From an uncultured bacterium (GTDB lineage Bacteria; Planctomycetota; UBA1135; GCA-002686595): DNA of 64,000 nt. Below are positions 20,100-29,761 of this stretch, piece after piece. The stretch's first letter is position 1. Each line of letters begins with the position of its first letter. The translations under genes were made by a program, and so were the position numbers. Location: the NCBI GenBank assembly GCA_943787795.1, contig CALSNU010000003.1, positions 128,001 to 192,000 on the forward strand, given 5' to 3'. The notes under the pieces are model-generated. The model saw only the letters and a program-made list of their open reading frames with translations. It had not been told where the DNA came from and did not search any database.

Positions 20100-20134
20100 C
20101 TCCCGCCTGTTCGTCCCTCTGGGCCGGACGGATT

Positions 20135-20212
20135 GGTGGGCATAGCTCAGTTGGTTAGAGCGCCGGATTGTGGTTCCGGAGGTCGGGGGTTCAAGTCCCC
20201 TTGTCCACCCCA
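20135..20212 (+). tRNA. tRNA-His (GTG) with encoded G-1, C73 and CCA
   Basis: G-GTGGGCA..TAGCTCAGTTGGTTAGAGC..CCGGA-TTGTGGT-TCCGG..GGGGGTTCAAGTCCCCT-TGTCCAC-C-CCA. Confidence 0.97.
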
Positions 20213-20437
20213 CCCCCCCCTCGGGGCCCACGCGAGCATGGGCCGGGCGTGAGGACGCTCACGGAGCGACCCCGAGCGGGCCCCGTGCGCCCCGCGGTCC
20301 ATTCCAGCGCTTGGGAGATACGCCGTCCCTTGATCTTCCTGGAAGAGTGCGCGAGCGTCCGGGCGGCAGGGCCCGGGTCTTGGGCCAAGAACCACGTCTT
20401 GCCCACTCGCGAGTGGGCCCCTCGCCGGCAGCCTCCG

Positions 20438-21283
20438 TCAGCCGTTGACGAAGTCCTTCGCGCGGAGCATCTCGGCCTGAAGTTCCTCAGAGAGCTCCGT
20501 GAGATGACCGAACTGCAGGCCGGTCAGGTCGAGCGCAGCGGCGTTGATGGAGTAGCGCAGGTCCGTCGAGCCTTCAGACTTGGCGAGGTCCTGGGTCAGG
20601 ATCTCCGCCAGGTGAATCGTGGCGGCCAGCGCGGCGTCCGCCCCGGCGAGCTCAGGGTCGTGGTGATGACGGATCACCTCGACGAGCACGTCGGGCAGCG
20701 ACCAGCGTGTAGAGAGGCGGGCGCCGATCTCTGCGTGGTGGAGCCCGAGGACCTGCCGCTCGGCCTCGATGAGGTCGGTCCCGCTCAGGGCCATGCCGCG
20801 GATCTCGTCGATCGTCTCATCGAGGAAGCGGTCGAGGACCAGGTGCCCGATGTTCTCGAGCAGACCGGCGGTGTAGGCCCGGTCAGGGTCGACCTTCCCG
20901 TGTCGTCTCGCGATCAGTCGAGCGCCGATCGCGTTGGAGACGCACTGTTCCCAGCGGCTCTCCATGGAGTGGCCCTTGGCGCTGCCGTAATCGCGGAAGT
21001 ACTTGCCCGCGCTCGAGGTCAAGACGAGGTTGACCAGGGTCGTGACACCGAGGAGGTTGCCGGCCTCATGGAGTGAGGCGATCTCGCGCTGGAAGCCGTA
21101 GTACGCCGAGTTGCAGAGCTTCAGGACCTTGGAGGTGATGCCTGGGTCGGTCTGGACCAGCTCGATCAGCTCGCTGGGGACCACCTCGTCCCGGCCGGCG
21201 ACCTCGAGCACGCGTGCAGCGACGCCGGGAAACGGTTCGAGACTCCGCATCTCGAACATCAGGTCTTTCAGGGGCACGTGCAT
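20438..21283 (-). CDS. Stand-alone HDOD domain protein
   Basis: Start re-called at MHVPLKD. DPGITSKVLKLCNSAYYG, AYTAGLLENIG, HAEIGARL..WSLP..IRHHH. Confidence 0.9.
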   Translation of the reverse strand: MHVPLKDLMFEMRSLEPFPGVAARVLEVAGRDEVVPSELIELVQTDPGITSKVLKLCNSAYYGFQREIASLHEAGNLLGVTTLVNLVLTSSAGKYFRDYGSAKGHSMESRWEQCVSNAIGARLIARRHGKVDPDRAYTAGLLENIGHLVLDRFLDETIDEIRGMALSGTDLIEAERQVLGLHHAEIGARLSTRWSLPDVLVEVIRHHHDPELAGADAALAATIHLAEILTQDLAKSEGSTDLRYSINAAALDLTGLQFGHLTELSEELQAEMLRAKDFVNG

Positions 21284-21422
21284 GGCAGGGAGTTGTCCGG
21301 GGAGAAGACCGGACTCCTCTCCATTCGGATCGAGCGACCGCAGATCTGGAGGGAAACGCGGCAACCGGGAAGGGCCCCTTGCGGAAGGCGACAGAGAGCC
21401 CAGTCCCGCCCGCCAGATATTC

Positions 21423-21920
21423 TCAATAAGCGCCAGCGTCGTCGAAGAGCGCCGCCGCGCTTCGCAGGCCCTTGAACTCGAGCGCGTTGCCGGATGGGTC
21501 CCGAAGGAACAGGGTGCCCTGCTCACCGGGTTGACCCTCGAACCGCACGCGTGGGGGAATCACGAAGTCACAGGCGCTCTGTTGTAGCGATGCCGCGAGC
21601 CGCTCCCATGCCTCCATGCTCAGGACGACACCGAAGTGGGGAATCGGAACCTGATCCCCATCCACCGGGTTCGAGGCGCCGTCCGAATCTGAAGCGCGCT
21701 CGCGTCCCTGCTGCGGGGCAAGGTGCACGGTGATCTGGTGCCCCCCCAGATCGAAGTCGATCCAGCGCTCAGAGCGGCGGCCGATGCTGGCGCCGAGGAC
21801 GTTGCCATAGAAGTCCTCGGCGGCCTGCAGGTCATGGACCGCGAGGGCGAGATGGAACGGCCGCAGCGCGCCGCCGTCGGCCCGGAGGACCGAGCGGCGG
21901 TCATCGAGGGGCGTGCTCAA
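21423..21920 (-). CDS. VOC/glyoxalase family protein
   Basis: PFHLALAVHDL..FYG, WIDFDLGGHQ, PHFGVVL, EQGTLFLRDPSGNALEFK. TTG start overlaps the upstream TGA. Confidence 0.88.
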   Translation of the reverse strand: MSTPLDDRRSVLRADGGALRPFHLALAVHDLQAAEDFYGNVLGASIGRRSERWIDFDLGGHQITVHLAPQQGRERASDSDGASNPVDGDQVPIPHFGVVLSMEAWERLAASLQQSACDFVIPPRVRFEGQPGEQGTLFLRDPSGNALEFKGLRSAAALFDDAGAY

Positions 21921-22393
21921 AGGTAGGTGTCGTGGCCTTCCTTCTTTTGCTTCCCGAGCGTTCGGTAGATCGTCTTGGCTGCGTCGGCGTCGCCCTTGGC
22001 CAGGGCCGCCTCGAGGTCCACCAGGGTCGAGCACACGGTGAGCATGCGCTTGCGGAAGTCGGCGCTGAAGTCGACCGAGGCGTCGCCATCGAGCTCGGTC
22101 TGCGGCTCCGGAGGGTGCTGGAACCCCACGAGCGCAGCGGCCTGCATCTCCTGGCAGAGTTTCACAGCGGCGTCCTTCTGCTCCGGCTTGCTCAGCATCT
22201 TCCGGATGCCCTTCATGCCCTTTTGGATGACCTCCATGCTCTCGTGGAGCGGGCCAGCCTCACCGTCGTCGTCGACGGCAATCTCAGCTCCGGCGCGGGG
22301 CGAGGCCGAGGACGGGTCGGCGCTGTGGATGGCGAGGGCCAGGACCGCGAGGCCAGGCAGGGCGAGGAGCGTGAGCTTTGAGCGTTGAATCAT
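21917..22393 (-). CDS. Exported cytochrome b562-like four-helix bundle protein
   Basis: Signal peptide; LHESME (Met) near the mature N-terminus and KKEGHD (His) at the C-terminus match the b562 ligand pattern. Confidence 0.65.
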   Translation of the reverse strand: MIQRSKLTLLALPGLAVLALAIHSADPSSASPRAGAEIAVDDDGEAGPLHESMEVIQKGMKGIRKMLSKPEQKDAAVKLCQEMQAAALVGFQHPPEPQTELDGDASVDFSADFRKRMLTVCSTLVDLEAALAKGDADAAKTIYRTLGKQKKEGHDTYL

Positions 22394-22564
22394 GTGGTCG
22401 AGTCGATGGTCGCCTGGGAGGGCGGGTTGAGGGCATGGACGGCTTCAGGCGGCCACGGGATGAGGCGGTCAGGTGAAGAAGGGTGATCGAGGCGTCGGAG
22501 CGTGAGTGACAACGCCCTGCATTGGCGAGGTGCGAGCGGCCTCGTCGGAGCGACTCAAGGAGAG

Positions 22565-23701
22565 TCACACCTCCCTCAGAATAGTCTCCCAAGCCGCGAG
22601 GTGGGCCCTCGCACACGCCTGCCAGGTGTAGGGGGCCGCATTCCTCATCCAACCCTCACGAACACAGGGATCATCGGCCTCCTCGAGGGCCTGTTCCAGG
22701 GCGATGGCCACGCCTGACGGATCCTGTGAGTCCACGAATCGCGCGGACGTTGACAGGGCTTCCTCGAAGGCAGGCGTTGGTGACGCCACCACCGCCAGCC
22801 CGTGACGGCATGCCTCCAGCGGTGTCACCGGCGTGGCCTCATCGTCCGTCAGGTGCAGCAGGACCTTCGAGCCGGCGACGCAGCGTGGCATGAGTGCCTC
22901 GTCTGGCTCGGCGATCCAGCGGACGTGCGCCGCAGCGGGCGAGGCCCGTAGCGCTGCCCTGAACTCCTCGGCCGCGTCCCCGGGTCGGCCCACCAACAGC
23001 AAGCGGCTGCTCGAGCCTCGTTGCCGGAGCGCCTCGAAGGCCCGGAGCGCGTCGAGGGGCCGCCTCGAGTGTCGCACGGAGCCAAGCACCAGGATGTCCC
23101 GGGAGGGGCGCTGATCCAGCGCGTCGGAGAGGTCGCGTTGCCAATGGTCGGCGCCGACCGGGACCTGGATGATCCGCGATGGCGACGCTCCGAAGTCTTG
23201 CTCGAGCCGCTGCGCCGCCGCGGCGGAGAAGACGATCAGCCCGTCGGCGCCGAGAACCGCCGATGCGAAGGCCTGCGCCCCCGCTCCCCCGGTGGCGGGG
23301 AACTCCGAGACGGCCAGGGTCTGGGCCCGAGCCGTGGCCGGGGGCCAGCCTGGGATCGCGCGGTGAAACACATCGCAGCCTCCCCCGGTCAAGCGCTCCA
23401 GGCCCGGGAAGACCCTGGCCGCGAGCGCCACGGCGCGTCGCGGGAGCCGGAGGCGGGTGTGCTCTGGGGTCAGCCGCACGGCTGGGCCAGACAGCCCCAA
23501 CGCGGGGCCAGCCATGGGCCGCGGAGCGCGGCCGACCTCCACGAGGCGGAGCCGGTGGAGGGAGGGCTCGGGTTCCCTCACGAGGGCGCGAACGAGCTCC
23601 CGCACGTAGCGGCCAGTCCCAGGGGCGTGTCCTGCCGCGGGCGTGTAGTCCACGGCCACGGACGCTCCGGGCCTTCGGTGGTCCGCGCCTGATCGACTCA
23701 C
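22565..23701 (-). CDS. Glycosyltransferase family 4 (GT-B)
   Basis: Start re-called at GTG 23701 (GTGA overlap). VAVDY..GTGRYVREL, DEATPVTPLEACRHGLAVVAS, YTWQACA. Confidence 0.8.
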   Translation of the reverse strand: MSRSGADHRRPGASVAVDYTPAAGHAPGTGRYVRELVRALVREPEPSLHRLRLVEVGRAPRPMAGPALGLSGPAVRLTPEHTRLRLPRRAVALAARVFPGLERLTGGGCDVFHRAIPGWPPATARAQTLAVSEFPATGGAGAQAFASAVLGADGLIVFSAAAAQRLEQDFGASPSRIIQVPVGADHWQRDLSDALDQRPSRDILVLGSVRHSRRPLDALRAFEALRQRGSSSRLLLVGRPGDAAEEFRAALRASPAAAHVRWIAEPDEALMPRCVAGSKVLLHLTDDEATPVTPLEACRHGLAVVASPTPAFEEALSTSARFVDSQDPSGVAIALEQALEEADDPCVREGWMRNAAPYTWQACARAHLAAWETILREV

Positions 23702-23958
23702 CGGCCGTCCTGGTCGCCGTCGCCCTTCCGTTCCCGGAGGTGGGCGAGGACCTCGTTGACGAGCGGATCGGGCTCGCCAGCCTTTCGCTCGCGGATCTCG
23801 CGCAGGGCCTCTACGGAGGGTGGGCTCCCGGTCAACCCGCCATCCTCCTCGAACGCCCCGTACATGTCCCGTACGAGCGCCTTCATGAACGGCACGACCC
23901 AAGGCAGCGCGATGATCACTGCCGCGTACTTGATGATCGCCTTGGTCGTCTCGTCCAT
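23698..23958 (-). CDS. Small membrane protein (86 aa)
   Basis: SD AGGAG upstream, one TM, stop coupled to the GT4 start. Confidence 0.65.
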   Translation of the reverse strand: MDETTKAIIKYAAVIIALPWVVPFMKALVRDMYGAFEEDGGLTGSPPSVEALREIRERKAGEPDPLVNEVLAHLRERKGDGDQDGR

Positions 23959-24091
23959 GGGGGGCTCCTACAGGTGACCATCGTACGAAACGCCGCCCGT
24001 CCTCCCGACAGCCTCGGGAAAAGCCAGGGGGTGTCCGATCCTGCGTCAGTCCCGCTACAGTCGGCACGTTCCCAGATCCCACCCAATCACC

Positions 24092-25237
24092 ATGTCATCA
24101 GACCACCTCAACGTCGCGCTCCTCGGACAGCGCTTCATGGGCCGGGCCCACTCCAACGCGTGGCGCCAGGCCCCCCAGTTCTTCGACCTCGCCGTTCGCC
24201 CTGTCCTGCACACCATCGCAGGTCGGGATGCGGCTTCCCTGGAGGAGTTCGGTGCCCGGTGGGGGTGGCAGAACACGACCACCGACTGGAGCACGATCGC
24301 GGCAGATCCGGCGGTGCAGCTGGTGGATATCGGGACGCCCAACGATGTGCACGAGGCCCCGGCCATCGCCATGCTCGAGGCCGGGAAGCACGTGGCCTGC
24401 GAGAAGCCGCTCTCCGCCACCCTCGACTCCGCGCGGCGCATGCGAGATGCGGCCGCGAAGGCAGCGGGTAAGACCTTCGTCTGGTTCAACTACCGCCGCT
24501 GTCCCGCGGTGGCGCTGATGCATGAGCTCGTGCAGGAGGGGCGGATCGGAGAGGTCCTCCACGTGCGCGGCGCCTACCTTCAGTCGTGGGGTGGACCCGA
24601 CACGCCGATGCTCTGGCGCTTCGACAAGAGCCGCGCGGGCTCAGGGGCCCACGGGGACCTCAACGCCCACATCGTCGACATGGCTCGCTTCGTCACGGGC
24701 CAGGAGGTCGCCCGCGTCCACGGCGGTGTCGCCGAGACTTTCGTCAAGGAGCGCGCTGCCGCGGACGGCTCGAAGCACGCCTCGACCGTGGACGACGTGG
24801 TCGTGTTTCTCGCCACCTTCACTGGCGGCGCCACCGCCTCCTTCGAGGCTTCGCGCCTCGCCCACGGTCACCACAACCGCAACACCCTCGAGGTGAACGG
24901 CACCAAGGGGTCCGTTCGATTCGACTTCGAGGACATGAACGTCCTGCACTTCATCGACGGCACAGAGGACGCTCGTTTGCGCGGCTGGCGGCGCATCATG
25001 TGCACGGACGCCGAGCATCACCCCTACGCGTCGGCGTGGTGGCCGGATGCCCACGTGATCGGATACGAGCACGGCTTCACGAACATGGTGGCTGACATCT
25101 GCTCGGTTCTCGGGGGGGGCGAGCCGCGGGTGCCGCTGCCCGACTTCGCGGACGCGTTCGAGACCCAGGTCGTGCTCGAGGCGGCCCTTGAATCGGCCGC
25201 GTCCGGCGCGGCGGTGGACGTGGATAGCCTCCGCTGA
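24092..25237 (+). CDS. Gfo/Idh/MocA family oxidoreductase
   Basis: FMGRAHS, DIGTPNDVH, GKHVACEKPL, FNYR, WR..AGSGAHGDLNAHIVD. Confidence 0.93.
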   Translation: MSSDHLNVALLGQRFMGRAHSNAWRQAPQFFDLAVRPVLHTIAGRDAASLEEFGARWGWQNTTTDWSTIAADPAVQLVDIGTPNDVHEAPAIAMLEAGKHVACEKPLSATLDSARRMRDAAAKAAGKTFVWFNYRRCPAVALMHELVQEGRIGEVLHVRGAYLQSWGGPDTPMLWRFDKSRAGSGAHGDLNAHIVDMARFVTGQEVARVHGGVAETFVKERAAADGSKHASTVDDVVVFLATFTGGATASFEASRLAHGHHNRNTLEVNGTKGSVRFDFEDMNVLHFIDGTEDARLRGWRRIMCTDAEHHPYASAWWPDAHVIGYEHGFTNMVADICSVLGGGEPRVPLPDFADAFETQVVLEAALESAASGAAVDVDSLR

Positions 25238-25361
25238 CCCGTTCAGAGAAATCGAGGTAAAGGCCGCCCGCGCGCGGCGGGAGCGGGGTCCTCGGCCTCG
25301 CGGGCAGGGAGTACCCTTTTGGTTGCCTCCCGGCCCGTCCCTCTCCAACCTGCTTCGCATC

Positions 25362-26657
25362 ATGATCCGTCTCGTCTTCGCCTCAGCGGTCCTCACCGCC
25401 GGGGCCAGCGCCCAGTCGTTCACCTACTCGCTCGACCCCGCGCTCAGTGACATCTCCGTCAGCGCCAACGTCACGCTGGACCTGACCGGCGATCTGAAGG
25501 GGGTCTTTGACTCGACGGCTAACCCTGGCGGCACGCGGACCATCTCCGGTCTCTTCGGGGATCCGGGAACGAACGCCGAGATCCCCCTCTCCCTCGGCCT
25601 CGGGATCGACCTCAACCTCGGCGGAGCCGGCGCCGGGAGCTTCACGTTGATCTACGACTCGCAGACAGGAGAGGTCGGGGTCGACGAGCTCTTCACGACC
25701 GTTGGGGCCGGCACCACCTCCCAGGCCGACCTCAGCGTGACGCTGCAGTACGACACCTTTCGGACCGCGTCTCCCGGCTCCTTGTTCATCGGGGGCATTC
25801 CGCTGACGCTCCCCCTGGGCGCCGCCACGGCCTCGGAGATCACCCTGGTCCAGTCCGCCCCGGCGGTCGGGACGGCGAGCCCGTCCGGGACCCCGGGCGT
25901 CCTCGACGTGGAGCTCGTCGTGCCGGTTGATCTCAGCCTCGTGGTGGACCTCGGTCCCCTTGGCGGTGGGGCTCCGACGCCGGTTGGGCCGATTCCGTTC
26001 GCCCTTCCTATCAGCGGCGCCTTCGACCTCGGCGCCTGCGACACCCGTCTGGACGCGGTGACGAGCCAGACCATCAGCCAGTCGATCCCGTCCCCGTTCC
26101 CGCTCTCGTTTGACGACCTCCCGCTGGACCTGCCCACGATCTTGCCCCCCGGCAGCACGGCGAACCTCCTGCTCACCGCGGGGCTCGATACGCTGAACCT
26201 CGACGGCGCCGTCAATTCGACGCTCGTCGCGACGGCCACTGACGGCCGCGTTCAGAACGTCTGCTTCGCGCTGCCCAACTCCACCGGGTTCGGCGCTGTG
26301 ATGGCCACCAACGGCAGCCAGAGCGTCGCGAATCAGGACCTGGGCTTCACGGTCTCTTCCTTGCCGCAGGACTCCTTCGGGTTCCTGCTGATGTCGCAGA
26401 ACGAGGTGACCCAGCCCGGTTTCGGAGGCGGTCAGGGCACGCTCTGCATCGGCGAGCCCTGCTTCCGGTTCTCCAACACCGTGCAGAACAGCGGCATCCT
26501 GGGTGAGGTGGCGTTCGCGCCGGACTTCGGAAATCTTCCCATGGGCCAGCAGTTCATCGAGGCGGAGTCGTGGGTCTTCCAGTACTGGTTCCGTGACGCC
26601 AACCCGCAGCCGACGTCCAACACATCGAGCGCCCTGCGAGTGACGTTCTGTCGCTGA
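25362..26657 (+). CDS. Secreted beta-rich protein with shared C-terminal domain
   Basis: Signal peptide [19 protein letters not shown]-terminal domain 26244-26657 (C..PNSTG..QGTLC..FQYWFRD..SN..VTF). Confidence 0.8.
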   Translation: MIRLVFASAVLTAGASAQSFTYSLDPALSDISVSANVTLDLTGDLKGVFDSTANPGGTRTISGLFGDPGTNAEIPLSLGLGIDLNLGGAGAGSFTLIYDSQTGEVGVDELFTTVGAGTTSQADLSVTLQYDTFRTASPGSLFIGGIPLTLPLGAATASEITLVQSAPAVGTASPSGTPGVLDVELVVPVDLSLVVDLGPLGGGAPTPVGPIPFALPISGAFDLGACDTRLDAVTSQTISQSIPSPFPLSFDDLPLDLPTILPPGSTANLLLTAGLDTLNLDGAVNSTLVATATDGRVQNVCFALPNSTGFGAVMATNGSQSVANQDLGFTVSSLPQDSFGFLLMSQNEVTQPGFGGGQGTLCIGEPCFRFSNTVQNSGILGEVAFAPDFGNLPMGQQFIEAESWVFQYWFRDANPQPTSNTSSALRVTFCR

Positions 26658-26758
26658 CGCGACGAGAGACCTCCCTCGGCTATCATCAGAGCGCGAGCGC
26701 CCTCCCGGGCGCCCGCGCTCTCTCCGTTCCGACCCTGCAATCTCTGACGACGCTCCCC

Positions 26759-27805
26759 ATGACGCGCGCTGTTTGCCTCTTCACCGGTCAGTGGGCCGAC
26801 CTCTCTCTCGAGATCCTCCTTCCCAAGGTCAAGGCCATGGGCTTCGACGGCGTCGAGCTCGCGTGCTGGGGTGATCACTTCGAGGTCCAGCGGGCCCTCG
26901 CGGAGGACGATTACTGCGCCAAGAAGTGGGAGCTCCTGGAGGCCCACGGGATGGCCTGCTACGCCATCTCGACGCACCTTGTGGGTCAGGCCGTCTGCGA
27001 TCGGATCGACGAGCGCCACGAGTCGATCCTCCCCCCCGAGGTCTGGGGAGACGGCGATCCCGACGGTGTCCGCGCGCGGGCGACCGAAGAGGTCAAGGAC
27101 ACCGCGCGTGCGGCTCGCCGGTTCTTCGACGCGGCGCCCCAGCACGTCAAGGACCGCATGGCGCGGCCCGGCAAGGCGGTGGTGAATGGGTTCACGGGAT
27201 CAGGCATCTGGCACCTGCTGTACTCCTTCCCGCCGGTTCCCAAGGAGGCCATCGACGCGGGCTTCAAGGCCTTCGCCGACGCGTGGAAGCCGATCATGGA
27301 CGTGTTCCAGGAGCACGACGTGCTGTTCGCGCTCGAGGTGCACCCCACGGAGATCGCCTTCGACATCGCGTCCACCCGGCGCGCCTTCGAGGCCATCGAT
27401 CACCACCCCGCGTTCGGGCTCAACTACGACCCCAGCCACTTCGGGTACCAGCGCGTGGACTACCTCGCGTTCCTGGACGAGTTCGCGGACAAGATCCACA
27501 ACTGTCACATGAAGGACGTGTGGTGGTCGGACCAACTCGGGGAGGCCGGCGTCTTTGGCGGGCACACCGACTTCGGCGCCCCGGAGCGCACCTGGGACTT
27601 CCGCAGCATCGGCCGCGGCAGCGTGGACTTCGAGGGGATCATCCGCCGGCTCAACCGCATGGACTACCGGGGTCCGCTCTCGGTGGAGTGGGAGGACGGC
27701 GGCATGGACCGCGAGCACGGCGCCACCGAGTCGGCGGCGTTCCTGCGCAAGCTCGACTTCGAGCCCTCGGCCCGTGCCTTTGACTCGGCGTTTTCGGAGG
27801 ATTGA
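26759..27805 (+). CDS. Sugar phosphate isomerase/epimerase (AP_endonuc_2 TIM barrel)
   Basis: [45 protein letters not shown]. Confidence 0.92.
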   Translation: MTRAVCLFTGQWADLSLEILLPKVKAMGFDGVELACWGDHFEVQRALAEDDYCAKKWELLEAHGMACYAISTHLVGQAVCDRIDERHESILPPEVWGDGDPDGVRARATEEVKDTARAARRFFDAAPQHVKDRMARPGKAVVNGFTGSGIWHLLYSFPPVPKEAIDAGFKAFADAWKPIMDVFQEHDVLFALEVHPTEIAFDIASTRRAFEAIDHHPAFGLNYDPSHFGYQRVDYLAFLDEFADKIHNCHMKDVWWSDQLGEAGVFGGHTDFGAPERTWDFRSIGRGSVDFEGIIRRLNRMDYRGPLSVEWEDGGMDREHGATESAAFLRKLDFEPSARAFDSAFSED

Positions 27806-27882
27806 CCCCGACCGCGGATTGACCCAGGCCGCCCAGACCGTCCCGGCCACCTCGAGCTCCACGTCCCTTCCCCAGATCTTCG

Positions 27883-29187
27883 ATGAGTGACTCCACCGCC
27901 GCCCCGCTCTCATCCAGCTTGAGGACCCGCCTCTCGCTGATGATGTTCCTCCAGTACGCGATCTGGGGGGCCTGGCTCCCGTTCCTCTGGAGCTTCCTCG
28001 CCGACTATCGGGGCATGGAAGGGGCAGAGATCGGCAACATGTTTGCCTTCGGCGCGGTGGGGGCCATCGTCGGGCCGATCATCTTCGGCCCGCTCGCGGA
28101 TCGCTTCGTCTCCACGGAGAAGCTCCTCGCCGTGAGCCACCTGATCGGGGCCGTGCTGGTGTGGCGCATGGCGGAGATCCCCACGGATCAGTTCTGGCTG
28201 TACGCCCTGCTCTACGGGCTCTTCTATATGCCGACCCTGTCGCTGACGAACAGCCTGGCCTTCGCGCACCTGCCGGATCGCGAGCGGGACTTCGGCAAGG
28301 TCCGGCTCTGGGGCACGCTCGGTTGGATCGCGGTGGGCCTCGCCATGGGCCACTGGCTCGCGAGCCAGCACACGCCGGTGGACGCGAGCGCCCAGGAAGT
28401 GCTGCTCGCCCAGGCCGAGGGTAAGGGCGACGCCTTCCGGCTCTCGGGGATCCTGGGGGCGGTAATGGCTGCCTTCTGCTTCTTCCTCCCGAAGACGCCT
28501 CCGGCGGGCTCTGCCGAGAAGAACCCTGCCCTCGCGGCGCTCGGCGCCGTGAAGGCGCAGCCGCTCCTGACGCTCTTCCTGCTCGCCGTCCCGGTCAGCA
28601 TCATCCACCAGTTCTACTTCGTCCACACCGAGCCCTTCCTCGGGGCCCAGCAGGTCGCCGCGCCCGAGTGGTCGAAGGCGATCTTCGGCGCGGGGGGCGG
28701 CGGCGTCATGACCGTCGGGCAGATGAGCGAGACGCTCGTGCTCGGCCTCGTCCCGCTGCTGATCGCGAGGGGCCTCTCCAAGAAGACCCTGCTGGGGTTA
28801 GGGCTCGTGGCCTACGCCCTGCGAATGGCGCTCTTCGCCCACGTGGACGCGATCCCGCTGCCCCCGGCCCTGACGCTCATCCTGGGGGTCGCGCTGCACG
28901 GCTTTTGCTTCGGCTGCTTCATCTTCGTCTCGTTCATGGTGGTGGACGAGTACACGAACCACGAGGTGCGGGCCAGCGCTCAGAACCTCTACAACCTCGT
29001 CATCGTCGGGATCGGCGTCATCGTCGGCAGCATCATCGCAGGCAAGATCTCGGAGTGGGCGACCACGGACGGCGTCCTCGACTACACCCGGCTGTTCTCG
29101 GTCCCGATGTACGCCGCGCTCGCGTGCCTGTTCTTGCTCGTGGCGCTGTACCCGAGGGCCTCGGCGCTCCCCCCGTCCGCGGACTGA
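27883..29187 (+). CDS. MFS transporter, nucleoside:H+ symporter (NupG-like) family
   Basis: LSLMMFLQYAIWGAW, ADRF, YMPTLSLTNS, VRLWGTLGWI, GQMSE, LHGFCF. Confidence 0.9.
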   Translation: MSDSTAAPLSSSLRTRLSLMMFLQYAIWGAWLPFLWSFLADYRGMEGAEIGNMFAFGAVGAIVGPIIFGPLADRFVSTEKLLAVSHLIGAVLVWRMAEIPTDQFWLYALLYGLFYMPTLSLTNSLAFAHLPDRERDFGKVRLWGTLGWIAVGLAMGHWLASQHTPVDASAQEVLLAQAEGKGDAFRLSGILGAVMAAFCFFLPKTPPAGSAEKNPALAALGAVKAQPLLTLFLLAVPVSIIHQFYFVHTEPFLGAQQVAAPEWSKAIFGAGGGGVMTVGQMSETLVLGLVPLLIARGLSKKTLLGLGLVAYALRMALFAHVDAIPLPPALTLILGVALHGFCFGCFIFVSFMVVDEYTNHEVRASAQNLYNLVIVGIGVIVGSIIAGKISEWATTDGVLDYTRLFSVPMYAALACLFLLVALYPRASALPPSAD

Positions 29188-29203
29188 CGGAGCACCCCGC
29201 CAC

Positions 29204-29668
29204 ATGACCCCTCGCCTCGAACGGCTCTTCGGTGAGTACCACGCGTACCACCGTGATCCTGTGAACGTGGCGATCCACAAGGTCGCGGTGCCGGCGATCC
29301 TGTTCCAGATCGTGGCGATGCTGGACTGGATCTCTCTCCCGGTTCGAGTGGCGGGGGTGCCCCTGGGCCTCGGCCTGGTGGCGGCGGTGGTCGTGGGAGC
29401 CTGGTACCTCTTCGTATGTCCTCGGTATGCCGCGGTCCTCGTGCCCTTCGCCATCGGGTGCGCAGTCGTCGGACGCATGGTGCCGAGGCCGGTGGTGGTG
29501 GGCGTCGCAGCGGTGGCCTGGACGGCCCAGTTCGTGGGGCACACCCGCTTCGAGCGGCGGGCGCCCGCCTTCACGGACAACCTCGTGCAGCTCCTCGTCG
29601 GCCCCGCCTACGTGGTGGCGCTGATGATGGGGGACTGGCCCCCGGCGGGCGAGCGAGACGTCGGCTGA
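29204..29668 (+). CDS. DUF962/Mpo1-like membrane protein
   Basis: YH.DPVNVAIHKVAVP, QFVGH..FERRAPA. Confidence 0.85.
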   Translation: MTPRLERLFGEYHAYHRDPVNVAIHKVAVPAILFQIVAMLDWISLPVRVAGVPLGLGLVAAVVVGAWYLFVCPRYAAVLVPFAIGCAVVGRMVPRPVVVGVAAVAWTAQFVGHTRFERRAPAFTDNLVQLLVGPAYVVALMMGDWPPAGERDVG

Positions 29669-29761
29669 CGCCAGCGCGATTCCGACCGTCACCGGGGGCA
29701 GCGAGGCGAGTAGATTGGGCGCCCACGATTCGCGCCCTTCCGGCCCCATCGCTCCCCACCC

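Noticed and set aside
20135..24082. Genomic island integrated at tRNA-His (or at tRNA-Arg/Pro)
   Set aside because: I saw no integrase and no duplicated tRNA 3' end, and the flanking genes look like ordinary chromosomal genes.
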